Source of the DNA: Acidobacteriota bacterium
GTDB lineage: Bacteria; Acidobacteriota; Vicinamibacteria; Vicinamibacterales; UBA2999
Length of the DNA: 64,000 nucleotides
Assembly: GCA_963169195.1 (NCBI GenBank)
Contig: CAUJDN010000109.1
Span: 5,695 to 69,694 of the forward strand
Reading direction: 5' to 3'
How positions within the stretch are numbered: position 1 is the stretch's first letter; each line of letters begins with the position of its first letter. The notes below the pieces were generated by a model, which had not been told where the DNA came from, searched no databases, and saw nothing but the letters and a program-made list of their open reading frames with translations. Below, piece after piece: positions 17,864 through 27,477 of this stretch. A program made the position numbers and the translations under genes.

Positions 17864-17903
17864 TGCCCCCTGCACCCCTGCACCCCTGCACCCCCTGCAC
17901 CCC
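17864..17903 (+). repeat. tandem array, TGCACCCC-type (8-9 nt), 5 units, abutting the previous array
   Basis: tgccccc tgcacccc tgcacccc tgcaccccc tgcacccc. Confidence 0.9.
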
Positions 17904-17908
17904 TGAAG

Positions 17909-17914
17909 TACACT
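17909..17914 (+). promoter_or_regulatory. -10-like box TACACT, 7 nt before the ATG at 17922 (leaderless-type geometry)
   Basis: TACACT-GCCGGTC-ATG. Confidence 0.4.
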
Positions 17915-17921
17915 GCCGGTC

Positions 17922-19940
17922 ATGCCCCGCCCTGCCGTTGCGCCGGTCGAGTCCACCGTCGAGACGGCGTGCCCGCTCGATTGCCCGGATGCCTGTGCCC
18001 TTACCGTCACCCTGCGGGGCGGGCGGATTGCGCGCATCAACGGCGGCACGGCCAACGAGGTGACGCGCGGCTACATCTGCGCGAAGGTCCGCCACTTCGA
18101 CCGGCGTGTCTACGGCGACGACCGTCTGCACTTCCCGGCCATCCGCCGCGGCCCCAAGGGCAAGGGCGAATTCACGCGCGTGACGTGGGACGACGCGCTG
18201 GACCGGATTGCCGGGAGGCTCGAGCAGGTGCGGCAGACCGACGGCCCCGAGGCCATCCTGCCCCTCTGCTACGGCGGCTCGAACGGCTACCTCACGCAGG
18301 ACTACGCCGACGCCATCCTGTTCCGCCGGCTCGGCGCGTCCCGCCTGCTCCGCACCGTGTGTGCGGCCCCGACCGGGGCGGCCAACGCGGGCCTCTACGG
18401 CAAGATGGGCTCGGTCGCGTACCAGGACTATCCCTCCGCGCGCCTCATCCTCGTCTGGGGGGTCAATCCCGGCGTCTCGGGCATCCACCTGATGCCCTAC
18501 CTCAAGGAGGCTCGCGAGCAGGGCGCCACCATCGTCGTCATCGATCCGAGGGCGACGAGCGTGGCACGCCAGTCGCACATTCACCTGGCCGTTCGTCCCG
18601 GAACCGACCTGGCCGTCGCGCTCGCCATGCATCGGCACCTGTTCGAGGAGGGCCTCGCCGACCAGGCCTTCCTGGCCACGCACGCCACCGGCGCCGACGC
18701 GCTCCGCGAGCGTGCGAGGCCGTGGACCTTCGAGCGGGCGGCCGAGGTGAGCGGCGTGCCGGCCGAGCGCCTGCGGCAGGTAGCCGACCTGTACGCCCGG
18801 ACGTCACCAGCCCTCGTGAAGTGCGGATGGGGCCTGGAGCGCAACCGCAACGGCGGCAGCGCGGCCGCCGCGGTCCTGGCCCTGCCCGCCGTCGGCGGCA
18901 AGTTCGGCGTGCGCGGCGGCGGGTATTCGATGAGCAACTCCGCGACGTGGGGCATCGAACGCCGGTGGCTCCACGACGGCGAGTCCGGGAGCCGCACCGT
19001 CAACATGAACCTCGTGGGCCGCGAGCTCACGACGCCCTCGGCGACGCCGGTTCGCGCGCTCTTCGTGTACAACTGCAACCCAGCGGTCACGCTCCCCGAC
19101 CAGGCCCGCGTGCTCGAGGGCCTGTCACGCCAGGACCTGTTCACGGTCGTCTTCGACCAGGTGCTCACCGACACGGCGCTCTACGCGGACGTCGTGCTGC
19201 CCGCCACCACGTTCCTGGAGCACTACGACTACGCGAAGGCGTATGGCGCATTGTCACTGCAGCTCGCGCGGCCGGTCATCGAGCCCGTCGGCGAGTCCCG
19301 ATCGAACACCGAGGTGTTCATGGATCTCGTGCGGCGGATGGGCCTGTCGCGCGACGGCGATCCTGACGACGATCTGGACGCGATGCTGGCCTCGCTCGCC
19401 GGGATGCCCGACGTCATCGGCGACGAGCTGCGGGCGACCTGGTGCGCGACGCCGCCCTTCAACGGCCGCCCCGTCCAGTTCGTGGACGTCTTCCCGAACA
19501 CGCCCGACCGCAGGATCCACCTCTGCCCCGAGACCCTGGATCGTGAAGCGCCCCGCGGCCTCTACGGCTACCAGGAGGATCCCGCCACCGCACGCTTCCC
19601 GCTGGCGCTCATCTCGCCTGCGAGCGAGCGCACGATCAGCTCCACTCTCGGCGAGTTCACGCGCCCCGACATCGCCCTCGACATGAACCCGGCCGACGCC
19701 GACGCGCGCGGCATCGAGGACGAGGATGACGTGCGGATGTTCAACAGCCAGGGTGAAGTGACGTTGAGGGCGCGGGTGACGCCGCTGGTGCGGCCCGGCA
19801 CCGTGTCGACCCCCAAGGGGGTGTGGCGCCGGCACACGCCCAACGGCTGGACGTCGAACGTGCTGGTCCCGGACAGCCTGACCGATCTGGGTGGCGGCGC
19901 GTGTTTCAACGACGCGCGCGTCGAGGTGGAAAGAGCCTGA
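17922..19940 (+). CDS. molybdopterin (bis-MGD) oxidoreductase family protein
   Basis: N-terminal 4Fe-4S motif CPLDCPDACAL...C, followed by the molybdopterin oxidoreductase and C-terminal dinucleotide-binding domains (RIHLCPE...LISPASERTISS...MNPADA). Substrate unknown. Confidence 0.9.
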   Translation: MPRPAVAPVESTVETACPLDCPDACALTVTLRGGRIARINGGTANEVTRGYICAKVRHFDRRVYGDDRLHFPAIRRGPKGKGEFTRVTWDDALDRIAGRLEQVRQTDGPEAILPLCYGGSNGYLTQDYADAILFRRLGASRLLRTVCAAPTGAANAGLYGKMGSVAYQDYPSARLILVWGVNPGVSGIHLMPYLKEAREQGATIVVIDPRATSVARQSHIHLAVRPGTDLAVALAMHRHLFEEGLADQAFLATHATGADALRERARPWTFERAAEVSGVPAERLRQVADLYARTSPALVKCGWGLERNRNGGSAAAAVLALPAVGGKFGVRGGGYSMSNSATWGIERRWLHDGESGSRTVNMNLVGRELTTPSATPVRALFVYNCNPAVTLPDQARVLEGLSRQDLFTVVFDQVLTDTALYADVVLPATTFLEHYDYAKAYGALSLQLARPVIEPVGESRSNTEVFMDLVRRMGLSRDGDPDDDLDAMLASLAGMPDVIGDELRATWCATPPFNGRPVQFVDVFPNTPDRRIHLCPETLDREAPRGLYGYQEDPATARFPLALISPASERTISSTLGEFTRPDIALDMNPADADARGIEDEDDVRMFNSQGEVTLRARVTPLVRPGTVSTPKGVWRRHTPNGWTSNVLVPDSLTDLGGGACFNDARVEVERA

Positions 19941-19951
19941 GGACCCGCCGC

Positions 19952-19992
19952 CAGCCATCCGTCTCGGGCCGGGGCCTGCAGGCGGATGGCTG
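19952..19992. terminator. hairpin between convergent genes (10-bp stem CAGCCATCCG/CGGATGGCTG, 21-nt GC-rich loop)
   Basis: Perfect inverted repeat seen in the sequence. No U-tract. Confidence 0.4.
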
Positions 19993-20012
19993 ACAGACGG
20001 GACGTGGAAACG

Positions 20013-20216
20013 CTATTCGCCGCTCGGCAGCTTGCCGCGGCCTCCGCGCGAGACCTGACCGCCCTTGCGGCCGGCTTCGCGGGCTTCCTGGGCAGACCAC
20101 TCGTGCGCCGTGCCTTTGGCGTGAGCCGCGCGACCACCCTTGCTGGCGATTTCGCGCTGCTTCTCCGGGGACATCGAGGCAAAGCCTCGGCGGGCCTTAC
20201 GAATGACTTCGAGCAC
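20013..20216 (-). CDS. KGG-repeat general stress protein (YciG-like)
   Basis: RGFASMSPEKQREIASKGG...EAGRKGG. GTG 20216 lies 8 nt after a perfect AGGAGG. The ORF track start at 20285 is probably too long. Confidence 0.8.
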   Translation of the reverse strand: MLEVIRKARRGFASMSPEKQREIASKGGRAAHAKGTAHEWSAQEAREAGRKGGQVSRGGRGKLPSGE

Positions 20217-20383
20217 GGTCAACACCTCCTTGGCCAATCCGTGAAGCGAGATGCTTGCCAGAATCAGCGGGGCCGGCACAACCACAAGTCATTTCTCGAC
20301 AACCACTTGTGCGTATCAGGGAATCTCGGGCCCCAGCGGGACCGTATGAAAACCATACAGCCATTCGGTTGAGGTGGCGGGAT

Positions 20384-20620
20384 TCAATACGATGCCGGAT
20401 CCAGACGGCGTCGCGGCTTGAACACGTCACAGTGCTCGCAGTTGCGGATGTCGAACTCGTAGCCGACCAGCGGGAAGAACATCGGGTGCGCGCAGTACAG
20501 AAGCTGCCCGTCCACGATGGTGTGGATGGTCAGGTCCGCGGGGATGGAAGGGGTGCGGCGTCCGTACCAGCAGAGACGATGACGGTCTTCGGGTTCCACG
20601 GGGCGCCCCGCACCCATCAT
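20384..20620 (-). CDS. small hypothetical protein with conserved-looking Cys/His residues (78 aa)
   Basis: MMGAGRPVEPEDRHRLCWYGRRTPSIPADLTIHTIVDGQLLYCAHPMFFPLVGYEFDIRNCEHCDVFKP. High GC3. Start chosen to avoid overlap with yggX; 20644 and 20707 are alternatives. Confidence 0.5.
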   Translation of the reverse strand: MMGAGRPVEPEDRHRLCWYGRRTPSIPADLTIHTIVDGQLLYCAHPMFFPLVGYEFDIRNCEHCDVFKPRRRLDPASY

Positions 20621-20642
20621 AATGGGGACGGAGGCAGGGAAC

Positions 20643-20972
20643 ATGAGCGTGTGTGGGGGTCCGACGGGCGCGCCGGACGAGGGCGCAGGCAACAAGAGCG
20701 GCCGCAAGGTCTTCTGCGTGAAGTTCCAGAAGGAGATGCCGGGGCTTGACTACGCGCCGTGGCCGGGCGAGCTCGGGCAGCGCATCTACGAGCACGTGTC
20801 CGCCCAGGCCTGGAAGCTCTGGGAGGACCGCCAGAAGATGATCCTCAACGAGTACCGCCTCATGCCGTGGCAGAAGGAGGCCCAGGAGCTGATTCGGACC
20901 CAGCTCGAGGAGTACTTCTTCGGGGAGGGCGCTGCCCTGCCGCCGGGCTACGTGCCGCAGCAGAGCAAGTAG
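20643..20972 (+). CDS. yggX: Fe(2+)-trafficking / oxidative-damage protection protein YggX family
   Basis: KVFCVKFQKEMPGLDYAPWPGELGQRIYEHVSAQAWKLWEDRQKMILNEYRL closely parallels E. coli YggX. GGAGG lies 8 nt upstream of ATG 20643. Confidence 0.85.
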   Translation: MSVCGGPTGAPDEGAGNKSGRKVFCVKFQKEMPGLDYAPWPGELGQRIYEHVSAQAWKLWEDRQKMILNEYRLMPWQKEAQELIRTQLEEYFFGEGAALPPGYVPQQSK

Positions 20973-21013
20973 GGTTCTGGGGTTCGCGGGTTCTGGGGGG
21001 TCGGGGTTCCTCG
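20972..21013 (+). repeat. degenerate GGGGTTCT-type array (about 5 units), followed by a 2x TCTCACGTC motif
   Basis: gggttctg gggttcgc gggttctg gggggtcg gggttcct, then ttctcacgtc-tac-ttctcacgtc. The ATP-grasp C-terminus and stop lie in the second motif. Confidence 0.8.
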
Positions 21014-21035
21014 GAGCCCTTCTCACGTCTACTTC

Positions 21036-22379
21036 TCACGTCGCACCTCTCTTCTGACTGCTCCTGACGGGCAGGTACGGGTCGATTGAGAAGCGGAGCG
21101 AGGCGTGCGCGGTGCGGAGCGCGTGCTCCACGACTTCGGGCGTGGCGCCGTGCGCGAAGAGGAATCCCAGGTAGCTGCTGCCCTCGGGCAGCGGGACCAG
21201 TCGCTGGTCCGTCTTCGCGGTGATCACGACGTCGTCAATCCCCGGCAGGGCTCTGGCCGCCTCGATGCCCTCGACGCGCCGGAGGATCCCGCCGCGGGGG
21301 ATGGGGATCATCATCACGCCGGAGGCCTCCGGCTCGCGCACCCACCCGTCCGGGGGCTCGCCAAGGGCGTGACGGAGCAGCAGGACCTCGAGCCCCGCGC
21401 GTGCGTCGGGCGGCCCTGCCTCCCGCACGAAGCGCAGGGCCCGGGCGCACAGGCCGCCAATCGGGCGCGCGGCGACCTCCAGTACGTACACGCCGTCGGC
21501 CGCCACGCGGCACTCGGCGTGGATCGGCCCATGGCTGAGGCCAACCGCGCGGGCCGCCGACGCCACCGCCGAGACGATGGCGTGCTGCGTGGAGCGGGCC
21601 TCCCGCGACGGCGTGACATAGAGGGTCTCCTCGAAGTACGGACCCTCGAGCGGATCGGGTTTGTCGAAGATCGCCAGCACGTGGAGGGCACCTCGATTGA
21701 GCACGCCCTCGAGCGCGTACTCGACGCCGTCGATGTAGCTCTCCACCTGCACGACACCGGGTTCGACACCGTCCGATGCGCGGACCCCCGGCGAGTCGAG
21801 GAGCTGCCGGATGCGGTGCACCGCCGCCGCGAACGACGACGGGTCGTCCGCGCGGATGACACCGCGGGATCCGGAGAGCGTCGTTGGCTTCACGACGACC
21901 GGGAAGCGAAGGGCGCCGGCGAGGGCGGCCGCGTCACTGCCGGCCTCGAGCACGGTGACAGCAGGCACCGGCAGGCCCGCGTCCCGCAGGCGCGCCCGCA
22001 TGCGGCGCTTGTCGCGCGCGATCTCGGCGCCGTCCGGCTCGTGGCCGGGCAGACCGAGGTGCCGCGCGACCAACGCGGCCAGCACGGCCGGCCCGTCGCC
22101 AACGGCGAGCACACCGTCCACGGGCAGGGCCAGGAGGGCTCGCTGGATGGTCCGGAGCGAGGCCTCCGGTTCGGCGAACCGCACCGCAAGGGCGCCATCG
22201 CGCCAGGGGTCATCCAGGTGACCGCACCGGTCCGTGGCGTACACGATCTCGACCCCGGCCCCTGCGGCGGCGTCCTCGAACATGCGCGTCTGGTAGCCGG
22301 TCGTCGTGGCCAGGAGCAGCACGCGCCGCGGCCGCGGCATGGGCGCCGGCGTGCCGGTCATCGCCGCCATGGGTGGCAT
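21036..22379 (-). CDS. ATP-grasp domain protein (carboxylate-amine/thiol ligase superfamily)
   Basis: DKRRMRARLRDAGLPVP...FPVVVKPTTLSGSRGVIRA...VESYIDGVEYALEG...GPIHAECRV..DGVYVLEVAARPIGG is the typical ATP-grasp core. It starts 10 nt after the extended radical SAM stop. Confidence 0.85.
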   Translation of the reverse strand: MPPMAAMTGTPAPMPRPRRVLLLATTTGYQTRMFEDAAAGAGVEIVYATDRCGHLDDPWRDGALAVRFAEPEASLRTIQRALLALPVDGVLAVGDGPAVLAALVARHLGLPGHEPDGAEIARDKRRMRARLRDAGLPVPAVTVLEAGSDAAALAGALRFPVVVKPTTLSGSRGVIRADDPSSFAAAVHRIRQLLDSPGVRASDGVEPGVVQVESYIDGVEYALEGVLNRGALHVLAIFDKPDPLEGPYFEETLYVTPSREARSTQHAIVSAVASAARAVGLSHGPIHAECRVAADGVYVLEVAARPIGGLCARALRFVREAGPPDARAGLEVLLLRHALGEPPDGWVREPEASGVMMIPIPRGGILRRVEGIEAARALPGIDDVVITAKTDQRLVPLPEGSSYLGFLFAHGATPEVVEHALRTAHASLRFSIDPYLPVRSSQKRGAT

Positions 22380-22389
22380 CGACGAGGCG

Positions 22390-23835
22390 TCACAGCAGAG
22401 CCACCTGCTCTGCGGTGGGCTCCGCTCAACAGTACCAGGGCTCGTTCAGGTACGGGATCGTCGCCCGCGACGGCAACGCGCGGAGTCGGCGCGCGGCCAC
22501 CCGCTCGCCGCCTCGCCGGTCGTCGCCCCCGGCGGCCGCATCGGCGAGAGCCCGGATCGCGTCGAAGGTCTCCTGCCGCGGGCGATTGATCTGCACGCCC
22601 ACGAGCTGCATCACGGCCCTCTGCAGCGCATCCACGCGCGCATCGGGATGCCGCCAGGGATGCGTGAGCGTGCGCGGGTCGACGTGCGACACCACGGCGC
22701 GGACATCGGACAGCTCGAGCAGGGGCGACCGGAGCGTCACGAGCAGGCGGATGGCCCACTGGACGGGCGACACATGCGCGACCAGACCCAGGTCTTCGAC
22801 CGCGTCCAGCAGCGCGCGGTAGCCGGGGAGGGTCGTCCACGGCGTGAACGCCACGAACGTCGGGGCGAGGGTCAGCGGGGTAGTGCGGCACAGCCGCACC
22901 GCCTCCTCGAAGTCTGCGCGTGTGTGCCCCTTCCGCAGCAGCCGCAACACGTCGTCGTCGATCGATTCCACGGCGCTGGTGACGAACAGGCACCCGTGAG
23001 CGGCGAGCACCGGCAGCAGCTCGCGATGCTTCAGCAGGTGCTCGATCTTGATGGTGGCATCGAAGGTCAGCGCCGGCCACTCGGCATGTAGGGCCTCGAC
23101 GATGCGGCGTGCGTGCGCGGGACCGTTCAGGAAATCTGGGTCGGCAAACGTGACGTGCTCCACGCCTGCGGCCACCTGGGCGCGGATGTCGGCCAGGACG
23201 ACGTCCACGGGGACGACCCGGACCTGCCCCCGGTACACCGGTACGATGGGACAGTGCCGGCACCAGTGCTTGCAGCCTCTGGTGGCGTCAGTTGATCCCG
23301 CGACGCGGCGCGTGCCGTCCGGGAGCTGCAGAGTGGCATACGAGGCCGGCGCGGGCAGGCCCCGGCGGTCGGGCTGGATGAACGGCAGGCGCGGCAGTGT
23401 CATGTGGCCTGCGGGCGACCGCGGCCGGGCGGCCTCCGGTGCCACGGGCGCCGCATCGGAGGGGTGTCCAGGGGCCGCGAGCTGCTGCGCCACCGCCAGG
23501 AGGTCCGCCTCGAACTCGGGGCCGAGGACGTGAGTCACGCCGTGCGATCTCAGCAGATCCTCGTTCAGCGGCGCGTAGAGGCCGTACGCACAGAGCGTGG
23601 CGCCGGGGTTCAACGCCCTCACGCGATCGAGGGCCGTCAGCGCGAGGCGCGTGGCGGTGTGCATCGGGAGAGAGATAGCCACCATTCGCGCACGCGCCAC
23701 GAGACCGGCATCCAGCGTCTGGCGAGACAGATCCAGGGCCACGGCCTCGAAACCCGCCCGCCGCAGCCACGCCGCCGGCGAGGCCAGCCCGAACGGCTGC
23801 CGGCCGAGGTCGTAGGTAGAGAGCAGCAGCACCAC
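22390..23835 (-). CDS. B12-binding-domain radical SAM protein with C-terminal C-U-A-E-P tail (putative selenoprotein; TGA 22426-22428 read as Sec)
   Basis: N-terminal VVLLLSTYDLGRQPFGLASPAAWL (B12-like domain). The radical SAM motif is CKHWCRHC. The ORF track stops at WYC-TGA, but the same frame continues GCG GAG CCC ACC GCA GAG CAG GTG GCT CTG CTG TGA (AEPTAEQVALL*). An 11-bp hairpin begins right after the TGA. Start GTG 23835 (or 23832). The upstream 447 codons of ORF 22426..25176 are repeat or antisense shadow. Confidence 0.75.
22395..22425 (-). promoter_or_regulatory. putative bacterial SECIS hairpin
   Basis: The RNA reads UGA-GCGGAGCC(C)ACC-GCAGAGCA-GGUGGCUCUGC. It has 11 bp (one G-U) with a single bulged C and an 8-nt apical loop, starting immediately 3' of the UGA. 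Confidence 0.6.
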
Positions 23836-23860
23836 GCGCCCAGCGTAGCACCGCAGTGAA

Positions 23861-23985
23861 CCTGCGTGCCTCGCCCCCCCGTGCTTCGAACCCCCGTGCT
23901 TCGAACCCTCGTGCTTCGAACCCCCGTGCTTCGAACCCCCGTGCATAGCACCTTTCGTGCCTCGAACCTTCGTGTCTATACTCTC
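23861..23985. repeat. 15-bp tandem array (CCCCCGTGCTTCGAA-type), about 8 units, in a divergent promoter region
   Basis: cctgcgtgcctcgcc cccccgtgcttcgaa x2 ccctcgtgcttcgaa cccccgtgcttcgaa cccccgtgcatagca, then decayed units. Same family as 29510..29644. Confidence 0.9.
23977..23982 (+). promoter_or_regulatory. -10-like box TATACT, 18 nt before the ATG at 24001
   Basis: TATACT lies inside the decayed end of the 15-mer array. Confidence 0.3.
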
Positions 23986-24000
23986 CCGGGGGTTTCGACC

Positions 24001-25285
24001 ATGTGGAGCCGACGTTCGTTTCTTCGCCTCACCGGCGGCGCGGCAGGTGCCGGGTTCGCCGCCACGCGCTATGGCCTCGAAGACGTGGCCGCGCTCACCC
24101 AGTCCGTGGCCGGCCGCACGCCCGCGCAGGTGGCCGCGGACGAGGACTACTGGCGTGAAATCCAGTTCGCGTTCACGCTCGATCGCACCTTGATCAACCT
24201 GAACAACGGCAACCAGTGCCCCAGCCCCACCGTGGTGCACGAGGCCTGCAAACGCTACATGGACTGGTCGAACCAGGCGCCGGTCTACCACCGGGGCATG
24301 ATCGACAGGAACATCGAGACCGCGCGGCGGCGCCTCGCGGCCGAGTTCGGCGCCGACCCCGAGGAGATTGCCATCACCCGCAACGCCAGCGAGTCGCTGC
24401 AGATCGCGCAGATGGGCCTCGATCTCGAGCCGGGTGACGAAATCGTCACGACCGAGCAGGACTACGGGCGCATGCTCACGACGTGGGACCAGCGCGTGCG
24501 GCGCGACAAGGTGGCGCTCAAGCGCATCGACTTCCCGGTGCCGACCACCCAGCAGGACCTGATGGAGCGGCTCACCAGCGCCGTGTCGCCGCGGACGAAA
24601 GTGCTGCACTTCTGCCACATCACGAACCAGTCGGGCCAGCTCTTCCCGGTCCGCGAGCTGAGCCTCTGGGCCCGTTCCCGCGGCATCATCACCATCGTGG
24701 ACGGCGCACACGCCATGGGCCACTTCCCGTACAAGCTGCGCGACCTCGAGATGGACTACTACGGCGTCAGCCTTCACAAGTGGCTGCTGGCTCCCCTCGG
24801 CACGGGCCTGCTCTACGTGCGGCGCGACCGCATCGCCTCCACGTGGCCGCTGCAAGCCGCGCCGCAGCGCAGGGAGAACGACATCCGCAAGTTCGAGGAG
24901 ATCGGCACGCACCCGCCGGGCCCGCGGGCGGCCATCAACGAGGCCGTGGCGTTCCAGCAGGCGATCGGCATCGAACGCAAGGCTGCGCGACTGCGCTACC
25001 TGACGCTGCGCTGGGCCAACGAGCTGAAGAAGGAGCCGCGCGTCCGCCTGCACTCCAGCCTGGACGAGGGGCAGACCTGGGGGCTCGCCGTCGTCTCCAT
25101 CGATGGCATCGACACCAGCAAGCTCGTCCCCTACCTGTGGGACCGGCACCGCATCGTCATCACCGCCGTCGGGCACGAGAACGAGAAGGAGCCGGCCCTC
25201 TCGTACCGCGGCCTGCGCGTGACGCCGAACATCTACACCCCGCTCGAGGAGATCGACTACTTCGTCGAGGCCATCCGCGGCGTCA

Positions 25286-25308
<23 letters not shown>
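24001..25308 (+). CDS. class V aminotransferase-fold PLP enzyme (cysteine desulfurase / isopenicillin-N-epimerase-like) with Tat signal
   Basis: MWSRRSFLRLTGGAAGAG is a twin-arginine motif. The PLP-lysine motif is SLHKW. The ORF track start 23866 is a translation of the repeat array. Confidence 0.85.
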
Positions 25309-26794
<1,486 letters not shown>

Positions 26795-27000
26795 CGCCGC
26801 GTATTGTATGCGGGGCGGGGCCGAGGCGCCCGCCGGCTGACGGAATCCCGCCGGCTTCGCGCGATCGATCTCCCGCCTTCACGAGAAACCGGCCCAACAG
26901 GGGGCCGTCCGACTGGACCACCTCTTGCAATTCCCATTTGTCCGGTTGCCCCGCCACAGACGAGCCACGTGGCGGGCGGCCGGCGGGAGGTGGTCATCCC

Positions 27001-27300
27001 ATGAGCTGCACCAGGAGCGTTCTCGGCCTTCGGTGGGAACACCACACGTGGCACCGCCGGGTGTCAGGCTTCGAAATCCGGCGGGGGGTGGAGACGAACA
27101 TGTGGGCGCGCGCGGTCGAGCGGGACTTCGTGCGGTGCGACACCGAAGAGGTCTGTACCCACTGTGGCGCCGTCCGTCAGCCGGTGAGCTGCACGTGCGA
27201 CTTCGGGCGCGGGGAAACCTGCCCGGTGCTGCTCGAATGGCGCGCCGCCAACGGCGACACCGGCCAGCTGCAGCACTCGTCCCCGACGCGCTCCACGTAG
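27001..27300 (+). CDS. hypothetical Cys-rich small protein (99 aa)
   Basis: MSCTRSVLGLRWEHHTWHRRVSGFEIRRG...RCDTEEVCTHCGAVRQPVSCTCDFGRGETCP. GC3 is about 88% by hand count, which argues for real coding. No family recognised. Confidence 0.45.
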   Translation: MSCTRSVLGLRWEHHTWHRRVSGFEIRRGVETNMWARAVERDFVRCDTEEVCTHCGAVRQPVSCTCDFGRGETCPVLLEWRAANGDTGQLQHSSPTRST

Positions 27301-27477
27301 CGGTCACCGGCGATCGTCCGGACCCTCTTCGAGAGGCGTGACCCTTCGCCGGCGGTCCCGCGACCCGCCGGCGCCACGCAGTGCCCCGTGCCGTCGCCAG
27401 TCGGCTGCTCGCTCCGGCTGTGCCGGAGGCACCAGCGCGCCAGGTCGTCCTGTAAGATGCGGGCACGGTGTCTCCCG

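Noticed and set aside
17759-17903. Tandem arrays considered as CRISPR arrays.
   Set aside because: The units are 8-15 bp and directly abutting, with no unique spacers. There are no cas genes in the window.
23836-25176. The N-terminal about 447 codons of the 916-aa minus-strand ORF 22426..25176, including a GSKHGGSKHGG repeat.
   Set aside because: This part is antisense to the well-supported Tat-PLP gene and then a translation of the 15-bp tandem array. Radical SAM homology begins only at VVLLLSTYDLG (GTG 23835). Long open antisense frames are expected at about 70% GC.
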